DNA of 64,000 nt from Nageia nagi (taxonomy: Eukaryota > Plantae > Pinophyta), in contig JBITNC010000001.1 of NCBI GenBank assembly GCA_050084985.1, forward strand, positions 68,758,001-68,822,000. The letters are read 5' to 3'. Numbering within the stretch: the stretch's first letter is position 1; each line of letters begins with the position of its first letter. Shown here piece after piece: positions 27,700 through 37,027 of this stretch. A program made the translations under genes and the position numbers. The notes beneath the pieces are model-generated. The model made no database searches. It was not told the origin of the DNA and was given only the letters and a program-made list of their open reading frames with translations.

Positions 27700-29600
27700 T
27701 TATCTAGGACCTGACCGAAAAAGTGACCCTTCTAATGCGACTCATGGTGGGTTCGGTAGGACAAGACAAGGTTGAGGCCAGAATAAAGGTGAAAATGCCA
27801 ACCTCATATAGTGGAGAATGAGATGTAACAGTGTTGGAGACATGGATCTAGGAATTAGGTCATTACTTCAGTCAGCTTCCTCAGGTTGATGATCAAAAAA
27901 AGATCAATATTGTAGTGGGTTTATTAGAAGGTGGTGCAAAACTTTGGTGGAGAACCCATTCTACATCACTGACAGGGTGGACCCCTGCAAAACATGGGAA
28001 AACTTCCAATAGCTCATGAGAGAGCAATTTAAGCCCACTAATGTGGATATAAAGATCCTTGAGAAGTTGGACCTCTCCAACCCATCGGTACCATAAAAGA
28101 CTATATCAAGGCTTTCCAGATATATGTGTTGGCAACAATGGGCTTGCAAGAGCATGTTAAACTACACTATTTTATGAAAGGCCTTCAACCCTGGGCCAAG
28201 GCCGAGTTAAATAGGAAATAGATAAGCAAGCTCATCGAAGCGATATCAACGGTAGAAAAGCTGATTGACTATAAAGAGTCCAGTTCAAAGATGGACAAAG
28301 GAAATAAAAGAGAAGGGAAAAGAGGGCCAAGTTCTGAAAAGAAGAATTCGGGGGACAAGTGGAAGCATAAGAAAGGTTGGGGAAGTGACAATCAGGATGA
28401 CAGAGACAACAGGGGTAAGCAGGAGAAGTTTGGAAAAGGGGATGGAAAGTATGATAGGTTCAGAAAGGCTAAAAGAGGGCATCAGGGTGAAGACAATAAT
28501 CAGTATCAGAAGGCTTGATGGGTGGAGTATGAGCAACAAAGCAAATCAAGGTGCTTTAGGTGTGATGGTACCAATCATATTGCTAGAGAATGCCCTCACC
28601 AAAATTGCCTCAATGTCATGAACTTGGCCATGCCCCAAATCTAGCTGGTCCAATACTATGTCACTCAACCTCCTCAACCACTAGCCCTTACAATGTCTAC
28701 CCCAATGACATCAAACCCTCAAGGTAACCCTGGTGTTCAACTTTTGAATGCTTTGGAAGCCATTGAGGGTAAGCTGACTCATATTGATGAGAGCCAACAT
28801 TACCCTCTCAGTTATGTAGATGTAACCCTTAATGGTAGACCTGTCATAGCTCTTGTCGATGGGGTGCATCAAGCAATTTATATCTGAATGCCTATGTAAG
28901 GATTTGGGCCTCAAAATGCACAAGTCCAATGACTCCTTGCAAGTTACCATCTGGCTAGAGGAAATCAATTTGCACCAGACTCTTAAAGTGTCTCTCCAAG
29001 TAGGGAAGTGTCTTGGAACCACAATCCTCTTTATGGTGCCTAGCCTCAACTTCAACCTGGTCCTAGGTTAATCCTTCATCTATACTACCCATGCCGTGGC
29101 CATGCCCCACATCAAGAAGTTGGTCATTATGCACCCTGACTACTCATGCATGGTCGACCTCATTGAGCGTAGGTCTAGTGGTCACCTCCAAAACCTGTCT
29201 ACCATGTCAATTAGAAAAGCCTCTAGGAATAAATGGGAACCCTTATTTCTAGCAGCTATGTTTGGTGGATGGGAAGATCAAGAAGTGGGGAAAGCAGTAG
29301 TTCCAGGGGAGATTAATGAAGTTCTGGAGAGATATGGAGATGTGATGCTGGTGGAGTTACCAACCCGACTTCCACCGAGGAGGATAATGGATCACAAGAT
29401 TGAGTTGACTCTGGGGGCCAAACCATCGTCCATCAAATCGTACAGACTATTAGTGACTAAAATGGTAGAGTTAAAGAAGCAGTTGGAAGAGTTAATGGCC
29501 ATTGGTTATTTGAGACCGTCTCACTCACCTTACGGGGCACTAGTGCTATTTCAAAAAAAGAAAGATGGGTCATTACGAATGTGTGTGGACTATCGGGCCC
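27700..29600 (+). pseudogene. Chromovirus gag, protease and N-terminal RT pseudogene
   Basis: GAKLWW gag core; zinc knuckle CFRCDGTNHIAREC; VIALVDG protease; ORF 29096-29605 ends at LRMCVDYRAL at the insertion point. Confidence 0.9.
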
Positions 29601-29674
29601 TGTAGATTCCTACATTGAAATTCTTGAAATAGGGTCCGGGGTATTCTAATTATTATCCTAAGATCACCTAAATG

Positions 29675-30520
29675 TCCCCGGAGCCATTCCGGAATAAATA
29701 AACAGCCGGAGTCAGTGAATAAAGCCCTCCGGAATGAAAAGAAGAGGTCGCGGAGAAAAGATAGTCATATTTTGGCGAAGACCGAATTCCGGAACAAGAT
29801 GACGTCTGCAAGGAGTAACTTCGTATCCGGAGCCTTCGGGTAAAGCATTCCGGAAAAATAAGAAGGTGACATCAGCAAGGATGGACGAGGTTCACAATTG
29901 CAAAGGACTCCGGAGCCCGGAGGAGATGACGCCAGCAAGTAGTGACTTAGTAGCCGGAGCCATAAAGGAAAACATTCCGGAGGAAAGAAAGATGACGTCA
30001 CAGGTGAAACGACGTTCGCATTTTGATGGAACCGGAGTCCGGAGATGACGAGTCATCAAAGGTAACTAGAAGGCCCGGAATCTGTGCATGGAGCATTCCG
30101 GACATATGAAGGCGATGTCACAGGTAGAACAGTGTTCATATCTTGCAGGAAATCAGACTCCGGAAGCAATGAAGTCTACACCGTCTTATCCGGAAGGCGA
30201 AGCGTTCCGGAGGTCCGGAAATGACGTCACATGGAAAGGCAAAGTCTACATCCGGAAGGGAAACCGGAGCCCGGAACAGATGACATCAGCAAAAAGAAGA
30301 TTAGTATCCGGAACCAGCGAGCGAGAAATTTCGGAGATTCAAAGGTGAAGTCACAAGGAGATATAAAGTTTACAATCATAAAGCAAACCGGAGCCCGGAA
30401 TGGATGACATCATCAAGTAGTGACTTAGTGTCCGGAGCCAATGGAATGAAGAATTCCGGAGACTTGAAGCTGACGTCAGGTGAAGGGGAAAAGATTAACA
30501 TTTGGAATTAAGACCACGTC
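29675..30520 (+). repeat. Degenerate tandem array in LTR U3 (~60 bp monomer, ~125 bp dimer) of CCGGA/TCCGGA and TGACGTCA-like motifs
   Basis: About 17 TCCGGA counted by eye; TGACRTCA-like motifs at ~29800, 29866, 29927, 29993, 30222, 30281, 30345, 30405 and 30471. Confidence 0.9.
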
Positions 30521-30774
30521 AAGAGGAAAACAGGCCCGCAACGAAAGATCAAAGAGTCAGAGTCGGAGAATTGAACATCCCGGGAGAGAGAAGAGAAGTC
30601 TGCAAAATTCCAGAGCGCCATCATCAAGGGAATCGAATTATCAGCAATCTGCCCCATTTTGTAACAGTCGGCCAAGTGTCATATGTAGTTGATAGCAGTT
30701 CAAGAAGGCCGGAATCTTGCGGCCGTTTTTGTAAACGTTTCCGTTCTGTAACCTTGTAACTGTTGTTAATACAG

Positions 30775-30785
30775 TATAAATATAT
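30775..30785 (+). promoter_or_regulatory. Probable LTR TATA box
   Basis: TATAAATATA downstream of the U3 motif array; second copy at ~38201. Confidence 0.6.
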
Positions 30786-31114
30786 GAAAATAAAGAGAAA
30801 CTAGGGTCGGAAGCCTAGTATTGCCCTTTTCATTTGTTCTCGAAGACCTGTAGCTTCAGTCCGGTACTATGAAACCATCTTGACCTTTCTTGTCTAGCAC
30901 TCGTAATTGTTATTCTTAATTTGGTTACATTGTGGCAGCTTAGCTTGTTTCCTGAGTAATAGTTGCGGGTTGCTAGTATAACTGTGTCTGCTACATGGTA
31001 GAGTAGAAGCTGGGGAGCTATTCAGAGAGTGAGGACTTGTTCTGTGGCTGCGACACTAGATTCAGGCCAAGGTTTCGCATACTGCGAAAGCCTGCGCTGA
31101 ACTAGTGATCTACC

Positions 31115-31400
31115 CCTTTGCTTTCTCTCTCGTTACCCTATCCTTTTATCCCTTTCCTGTTACTCTATCCTTTTATCCCTTTCCTGTTACTCTCATCCTT
31201 TTGCTTACATTCCTCGCACCCTGTCCTTTTTATTTCCTCTCTTGTTACCCTTACTCTTTTGCTTTAATCTCTCGCACTCTGTTCTTTTTATCTCTTTCCA
31301 GTTACTCTATCCTTTTATCCCTTTCCTGTTACTCTCATCCTTTTGCTTACATTCCTCGCACCCTGTCCTTTTTATTTCTTTCCTGTTACTTTTCCTCTAC
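31115..31400 (+). repeat. Pyrimidine-rich tandem repeats in LTR U5
   Basis: CTATCCTTTTATCCCTTTCCTGTTACT x3 and CTCATCCTTTTGCTTACATTCCTCGCACCCTGTCCTTTTTATT x2; second copy at 38541-38826. Confidence 0.9.
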
Positions 31401-31526
31401 CCAATGGATAAGGAACCGGCCTTCTCCGGAGATCAGGCTGCGTCCCACAGTCTGTTCGTGAACTACTTTGGTTAAGATTGTTACAGGCGCACATATTACA
31501 CAATCTCAATCAACAGTATTTCTTTT

Positions 31527-31544
31527 TGGCACGCCCGGTGGGAC
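31527..31544 (+). promoter_or_regulatory. PBS complementary to the tRNA-Arg 3' end (UCU-type)
   Basis: TGGCACGCCCGGTGGGAC, 11 nt after the LTR end; typical of Tat elements. Confidence 0.85.
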
Positions 31545-31662
31545 ACGAAGAAATTTATTGGCGACTCTGCTGAAGCACCATCCATGGTATGTATTAAAGC
31601 AAATTATTTATGAATATCATAGGTGCTTTGAACCTGTCATTTTCTTTTGCAATCTAGAGTTT

Positions 31663-32928
31663 ATGTGGACAAGATCTAAAACTAGAGCAGCAAAAGAAGA
31701 ACCGGAATTTGGGAAGTTAGATACTCCTAGGAGAAAGACCCTGATCAAGTCCAAATCTCTGAATAGTGTCGACTCCCTAAAATCCTCTATCAAGCCAGAA
31801 CCACCCAATCTTCATACTAGAGATACCTTCCCTAGAATGGCTAACCCAGCTCAAAATATTTATCCGGAATGGGACAATGGAGTACCCATAGCTCTGGCGG
31901 TATTACATGATATCCCAGCGAATGTTTTCAAAACCCTTCCGGAGTTTGATGCAACTTCAGAGAAGACAGCTTATGAGCACTGTGTGGATGTAGCCGGCCT
32001 GGCAAAAATTCACAATATCCAGCATGAAGACATTATGGTGAGATTACTGGCGCAGTCCTTCAAAGGAAAGGTCCTGGATTGGTACAGGGGCCTTCCTAAT
32101 GGATCAATCAGTACCTGGGCTCAACTGGCAGAGCCTTTTATCCTGGAGTTTAATGAATTAGGGGATCCCTTTTCCTTGTTAACCCAGTTTACATCAATCA
32201 AAAGGTTTGAACAGGAGAACATCCCGGATTTTAACATTAGATTCCAGAAAACATGGACGAGAGTACCCATGCCAGTCAGGCCTCAGCAGTTTCAAGCTTT
32301 GATGTATTACCTGAGAGCCTTTCCTCCGGATCTCTCTCTGCAAATCCAAAATTCCGGAGTGAATACCTTTCCGGAGGTCTATAGACAAGCAGTATATGCT
32401 GAATCATGCCTTATTGCAGTTGGGAAATTACCAAGCCGCATGCCAATGCCCTATTTCCCAATAACCACAACACAACAGCAAATTTTGAGACCTCCGGTAA
32501 TCAGTTCAGTTCCGCCTCTGGCTAATATTCCTGCCCATGTTCAACCCTGGTCATCAAATTTGCCAATTCCTAGAGCTCCCTTGGCCTTACCAGCTCCACA
32601 TCAGCCTAATATGAACCAAGGAGTAGCATCATCTACAGAAATTCAGGAACTCCGGAACTTGTGTAGAAATATGGCAAACCAGATTACCGTGTTGACCAGA
32701 CAAAATAATGCCAGAAGATATCCCTACCCTGCTGTAGAGAAAGCTCAACATGTGTTGAATGAGGACGTGGACCAAGCTTCCACTTCCGGGGCGGCTAATG
32801 GGTTATGTTTGGCTTGTAATGATGCTCATGAACAAACAACCTGCCCTATTTTTCAATACCAAGAGTATCTGTCGAGGAGTGGAGGTATTCCTCCGCCTGG
32901 CGTAGCGGATGACAAAGCCGGAACGTGA
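31663..32928 (+). CDS. gag: Retrotransposon Gag protein (~421 aa from the first in-frame ATG)
   Basis: Intact ORF (the track start at 31468 is a TTG inside the LTR); capsid-like LPEFD..EHC..VRLLAQSFKGKVLDWYRGLPNGSISTWAQLAEPFILEF; zinc knuckle CLACNDAHEQTTC; no protease follows. Confidence 0.9.
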   Translation: MWTRSKTRAAKEEPEFGKLDTPRRKTLIKSKSLNSVDSLKSSIKPEPPNLHTRDTFPRMANPAQNIYPEWDNGVPIALAVLHDIPANVFKTLPEFDATSEKTAYEHCVDVAGLAKIHNIQHEDIMVRLLAQSFKGKVLDWYRGLPNGSISTWAQLAEPFILEFNELGDPFSLLTQFTSIKRFEQENIPDFNIRFQKTWTRVPMPVRPQQFQALMYYLRAFPPDLSLQIQNSGVNTFPEVYRQAVYAESCLIAVGKLPSRMPMPYFPITTTQQQILRPPVISSVPPLANIPAHVQPWSSNLPIPRAPLALPAPHQPNMNQGVASSTEIQELRNLCRNMANQITVLTRQNNARRYPYPAVEKAQHVLNEDVDQASTSGAANGLCLACNDAHEQTTCPIFQYQEYLSRSGGIPPPGVADDKAGT

Positions 32929-33456
32929 ACTTGATGAATTCCACACCAGCGGACACAGCAGTTTTTCTGAAGCCCACTAGCGCGGGAAAGTGACCGTTGG
33001 GAAGAAGGAATTTGATTTGTATACATATTGTAAATAGTGTGATGTTGCATTTATTTCGAGTGGTTGTTGTCAGTAATTTACTACTAGCATAACGTAAATA
33101 GTAGTGGAACCTTTTTGCGCCGGCAGAATTAAAAGTTTCCAAGAGGGTACATGCAATCAAATCCCAAGGTTCCCGAAAAGATCGTAAAAACGGCAAATCA
33201 GTTATTAATGCGGCTGTCGCGAGTTGGTTTCCCTCGCTTCGGAAGATCGTGCGTTCAAGTGAGCTGTTAAAAGACCCAGAGCACTACTTACCAAGACACC
33301 TATATGCTAGTATTCATAGAAAGTTTTAGCTCACAAACTTACAAAGTTAGCAGCTATCGAGCATTGCCTGGAACTGTGAAATGAGCAAGAGAGTCTTTGT
33401 TTGAGGCGGAAGAAGAAATACAAGAAGGGTTGATAAAAACAGAGCAGCGGACAAGA

Positions 33457-36400
33457 ATGAGTTCAGGTTCAGCGGCCAAGACTGTAAGGAAAGTATCAGA
33501 TTCGATGGAACTATTGTGGGATACAGAGATTACAGCCATGAATAAAAATCCAAAGGGCACAGCAGAAGGTAAGTGCCCGAACTTTAGCTTCAACCATATA
33601 GCACATTCACCCATGGGTTCGGGTCTGATGCATTTTATCCCTCATAGATGCTTTCCTGCTCCGGAACTAGTAGAAATAGTAAAAGGGGCATTTGATCCTA
33701 CGACTAGGGTAGTCAGGGATTTGAAGGGGAGGACCGTCTTAAATCTGGACTCCGTTGCAATAGCGGAGGCTTTCTGTCCACCCCCTCCTATGGGCTCCCT
33801 TGTGCAGATCGACTGGCACATCATCCCTAACGCCAACCTGAGGGCAAGCATTACCTCTTGGCTAAATAAGAACACAGCCGGGTCTATAAGATTTAGAGAG
33901 TTCCCAAATACCGAACTCCCTCTATCCAATTTTTCAGCACATCTGCAATTACTCATGTCAATGCTGGCCATAGCGGCAGGGGAGGAAACAGATAGATACA
34001 TCTCTCCGTCCAAGTTGGTGATAGCGTATCATATTTCTCACCCCATTTCTCCCACAATGTATGACTGGGCAATTGCCCTCTCAGATAGAATAGCCGAACA
34101 ACTGGGGAAGATCGGGGAGGGGTTTTATTTCGCTTACACCTCATACATTGTATGGATGATGATTCATCAGAACGCAGATGTCTTTAATAAATTGACCCTG
34201 GTTCGAAATAATGAAGATGGGTCGAAAAAACCAGTAGATAAATGGACAGAGGAAGTAAGGTCCTCGGCGAACTACTACTCTTTTGTGGAGAGATTTTTGG
34301 TTCCGGCAATGGGCCTATTAGCCCCTACAGTCCCGAGGTTGTCAACAGCCTCCCAGCTATACCTCCGCATGCCCCATGGAGAGGTCGGGGACTGGTTTTT
34401 TGCAGAGAATGGAACCTTCATTAGGCTGTATGGATTTTCCGGGGCCCCATTTTTGCTGCCAATTCATGTGACGGATTGGATTTTCAGCATAGAATATGCC
34501 AGACAGACGGACTACATTGACTCAAAATACGGAGCTGCCGCAAGAAAGAGAGCAGTCTATGCCCTCCCACACAGGGTGCATGACCTGGTGCTCCAGAGCA
34601 GAGGGGCAAGTGACCAGTTAAGGGCAAAACTCCTGAAGCTGAAATTGAAAGAATTGAGTCAATATTGTTCGTATGATCCGGATGACATTTTTGTAAAGAA
34701 GCTGAGAAGCCAGCCCAATCCTCCGGCCTTTAGAGCCGAAAATAAGCCAGAACTGCTCAAATGGCGAAATCCAGAGCAGGAGGATAAGGTGATGCCCACC
34801 GCCGCAATAACTCAGGATTTCTTACCGCCGTGGCTGAGTTTCTACAACAAAAGGGCAAATTTTGACCCAAGAACCGACTCCATCTCAAAAAAGGCCCTGA
34901 AAACATTAAGGGATGAGAGATGGAGCGAGGAGAAGATAGCCGCCTTCACCCAGTACAGGATCGAGTCTGGGAATAGGAACGCTCCTCTTGAAACTGATCT
35001 AGATGACAAATTCGAGGAGATGTGGGCATTGGAACACCCCACAGAAGTCCCTACGGGTGAAGACTCTGATGACAGTGAAGAGCAGGGGCATGCTATGTCT
35101 CAAGCACCAGCCCGGGAAAAGCAACACGAAGAAGAAATCAGGGAGATTTCTACAGAGAAGGTGACTAAGAGGCCGGAAAGAGTCTACATGGCCAAAAGGA
35201 AAGTGCAGATGGAGAAGGCACCACCACCGCCACCACCTAAAAGGAGAAGGAGGAGCCCGACGCCCTCAGGTACGCTTCCTACTCCTTCTTCCCCTCATTC
35301 TCTTTCTTCTGCTCTGCCGACGCATACAGTTCCCATTTCTGTTTCCATCACCCTTCCCCCAATTCCTGCAGCTATTCCAGCTGTACCCACACCATTTCTC
35401 ATTTCATCACCATCCACCCAACGGCAGAGCCCCATTCTTCCCACTTTACAAATTCCTCCCCTCACAAGCATCATCACAATACCTTCCTCGCCCCCATCCT
35501 CTCCACCTCCATCATCCGCTCCCTTCCCTATTTCAACACTTCCCGCGGTGGATCCTCCCGGAATCAGTACTTCAGGGGCCAGCCAAGCTAGTCCCTTCAC
35601 GCCGGCCCAACAGATTGTTGCTGCTACAACTCAGGAGTTGAGCTCAAAATCTCCCTTTATTATGATTTCCGGGCAGCAGGTATCCGTGGAGGGCATCATG
35701 CAACAATATCAGCAAATGAAGCAAGGACAAGATGCATGGATGCAGAGGCAGATGGGAAAACTCCCAATGCCGGAAAACCCGGTGAGGTTCCGGACCTCCA
35801 TGGACCCAAAGAGTAAGGTGCTAGAAATGGCCATCGCTCAAGAACCACAAGAGGGGCAGGGCGATCTGTCATCGATGAATACGCGGGTCAAAATAGATAC
35901 CCGCAGCATCTCACGGAGCGACAAGAATGAGCTCCTGCAAACAGCTGTGGACCTTAATATAACTGAACTCACCAAATTAGAGGTCAGGTACCACAAGCTA
36001 CAAAAGGCCCACGAGGCCACGAAGCTGCAATTAGAAAACAATAAAATAAAGCTGAAAGCGGCGGAAAACACCATAACAATTTTGCAGACGAGTTTAGTGG
36101 CGGCCCCTACAGCGGATATGCTCATCCAAAAGGAGGCTATCATCGCGCAAAAGGAGGCGGAAATAAATGCCAAGGCAGCAGAAATCAGCAACCTGAGTGC
36201 CAACCTGGCGGAGCTCCAAGCGAAGCTGGATGCCAAGAAGGTCGACAGATCTTTTCTGTTGGGAACCAAAGAAAAATTTTGGGAGTTGAAGGAGCAGGAG
36301 ATAAAGGAATTGATCCATCTGAGAGATTACGCGGAGCTATGCTTGTCAGAGCTAAAAAGGCTCGAAGCCGAAGTTATGAGATGCGAGAGTATTCTAAACC

Positions 36401-36933
36401 CCATCTCAGAACAGGCTAAACAGGCAAATAAAAAACTAAACAGCCTCTCAAATGAGGAATTGCAGTCCTATAACATTGGTGACCGAGTGGAGCTTATGTC
36501 GGCGATTGATTACCCAGGGAGGGGTAAATGGGTTTGTCAGGAGGTTCGGAATAATGTCCTGCGCCGGACGCAAGAGATGGAGACCCTAAAAGCAGAAATT
36601 CAAGGGTTGAACGCGTCCGGAATCCCAGAGTTATGGAGAAGCGACGGCACACTCGTCACAGAGGCTGATTTTTTGAGTAGTCTGCAGAATAAGATTCAGA
36701 ATACAGATGATGTTGATACACTCCTGTTGTCCTTCGATGAGACAAATTTTGTGAAATTCTTTGATTCTTTGGTTAATGGCTGCTTGTGCATACAGCAATT
36801 GCTGAGAAGACATGCCCATAGATCATATGAGGTGCTGAATCATACGGCCTTAGCGCAAGCAAGGCTGAAGGATTTTTCCGGGATCCCGGCGAATTGGAAT
36901 AAAGTCCAGCAGATCCTGAATCTGCAGAGCTAA
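33457..36933 (+). CDS. Large retroelement accessory protein of unknown function (~1158 aa from ATG; 1178 aa from TTG 33397)
   Basis: Uninterrupted 3.5 kb ORF: globular N-terminal half (FPAPELV, YDWAIALSDRI, GDWFF..IRLYG), acidic patch, PPPPPKRRRR NLS, Pro/Ser/Thr-rich region, heptad-rich C-terminal third. Confidence 0.88.
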   Translation: MSSGSAAKTVRKVSDSMELLWDTEITAMNKNPKGTAEGKCPNFSFNHIAHSPMGSGLMHFIPHRCFPAPELVEIVKGAFDPTTRVVRDLKGRTVLNLDSVAIAEAFCPPPPMGSLVQIDWHIIPNANLRASITSWLNKNTAGSIRFREFPNTELPLSNFSAHLQLLMSMLAIAAGEETDRYISPSKLVIAYHISHPISPTMYDWAIALSDRIAEQLGKIGEGFYFAYTSYIVWMMIHQNADVFNKLTLVRNNEDGSKKPVDKWTEEVRSSANYYSFVERFLVPAMGLLAPTVPRLSTASQLYLRMPHGEVGDWFFAENGTFIRLYGFSGAPFLLPIHVTDWIFSIEYARQTDYIDSKYGAAARKRAVYALPHRVHDLVLQSRGASDQLRAKLLKLKLKELSQYCSYDPDDIFVKKLRSQPNPPAFRAENKPELLKWRNPEQEDKVMPTAAITQDFLPPWLSFYNKRANFDPRTDSISKKALKTLRDERWSEEKIAAFTQYRIESGNRNAPLETDLDDKFEEMWALEHPTEVPTGEDSDDSEEQGHAMSQAPAREKQHEEEIREISTEKVTKRPERVYMAKRKVQMEKAPPPPPPKRRRRSPTPSGTLPTPSSPHSLSSALPTHTVPISVSITLPPIPAAIPAVPTPFLISSPSTQRQSPILPTLQIPPLTSIITIPSSPPSSPPPSSAPFPISTLPAVDPPGISTSGASQASPFTPAQQIVAATTQELSSKSPFIMISGQQVSVEGIMQQYQQMKQGQDAWMQRQMGKLPMPENPVRFRTSMDPKSKVLEMAIAQEPQEGQGDLSSMNTRVKIDTRSISRSDKNELLQTAVDLNITELTKLEVRYHKLQKAHEATKLQLENNKIKLKAAENTITILQTSLVAAPTADMLIQKEAIIAQKEAEINAKAAEISNLSANLAELQAKLDAKKVDRSFLLGTKEKFWELKEQEIKELIHLRDYAELCLSELKRLEAEVMRCESILNPISEQAKQANKKLNSLSNEELQSYNIGDRVELMSAIDYPGRGKWVCQEVRNNVLRRTQEMETLKAEIQGLNASGIPELWRSDGTLVTEADFLSSLQNKIQNTDDVDTLLLSFDETNFVKFFDSLVNGCLCIQQLLRRHAHRSYEVLNHTALAQARLKDFSGIPANWNKVQQILNLQS

Positions 36934-37027
36934 AGGAATGCACAATTCTTTGATTCATGTAAATAACAGAATGGGTTCTAAATTCCTCTTCCATAAAGGC
37001 GAAATTTTCCCTCAGAAGTCGCCACAA

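Larger units (their letters stand above)
29601..31515 (+). repeat. 5' LTR (1915 bp) of the young element
   Basis: Matches 37028-38941 except one 1-bp indel (~29916) and one substitution (~30331) seen by eye. Confidence 0.97.

Noticed and set aside
29675-30520. CRISPR-like array of repeated motifs with variable spacers
   Set aside because: The conserved parts are only 6-8 bp, the spacers are related to one another, there are no cas genes, and the context is a eukaryotic LTR
30790-31115. Hammerhead, hairpin or twister ribozyme in the LTR (retrozyme-like)
   Set aside because: I could not assemble CUGANGA/GAAA cores, hairpin loop A/B pairings or twister pseudoknots by eye; an Infernal search would settle it
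29765-31475. Short ORFs in the young LTRs, duplicated at 37192-38901
   Set aside because: By-products of repetitive LTR sequence with no protein-like motifs
31468-31662. N-terminal extension of the gag ORF in the ORF track
   Set aside because: Starts at a TTG inside the LTR and runs through the PBS; the first in-frame ATG is at 31663
33397-36933. ORF2 as a retroviral env or a captured host gene
   Set aside because: No signal peptide or clear TM helix, no introns, and no host family that I recognise; capture cannot be fully excluded without a search
33354-37027. Minus-strand ORFs overlapping ORF2
   Set aside because: Shadow ORFs of a GC-richer coding strand
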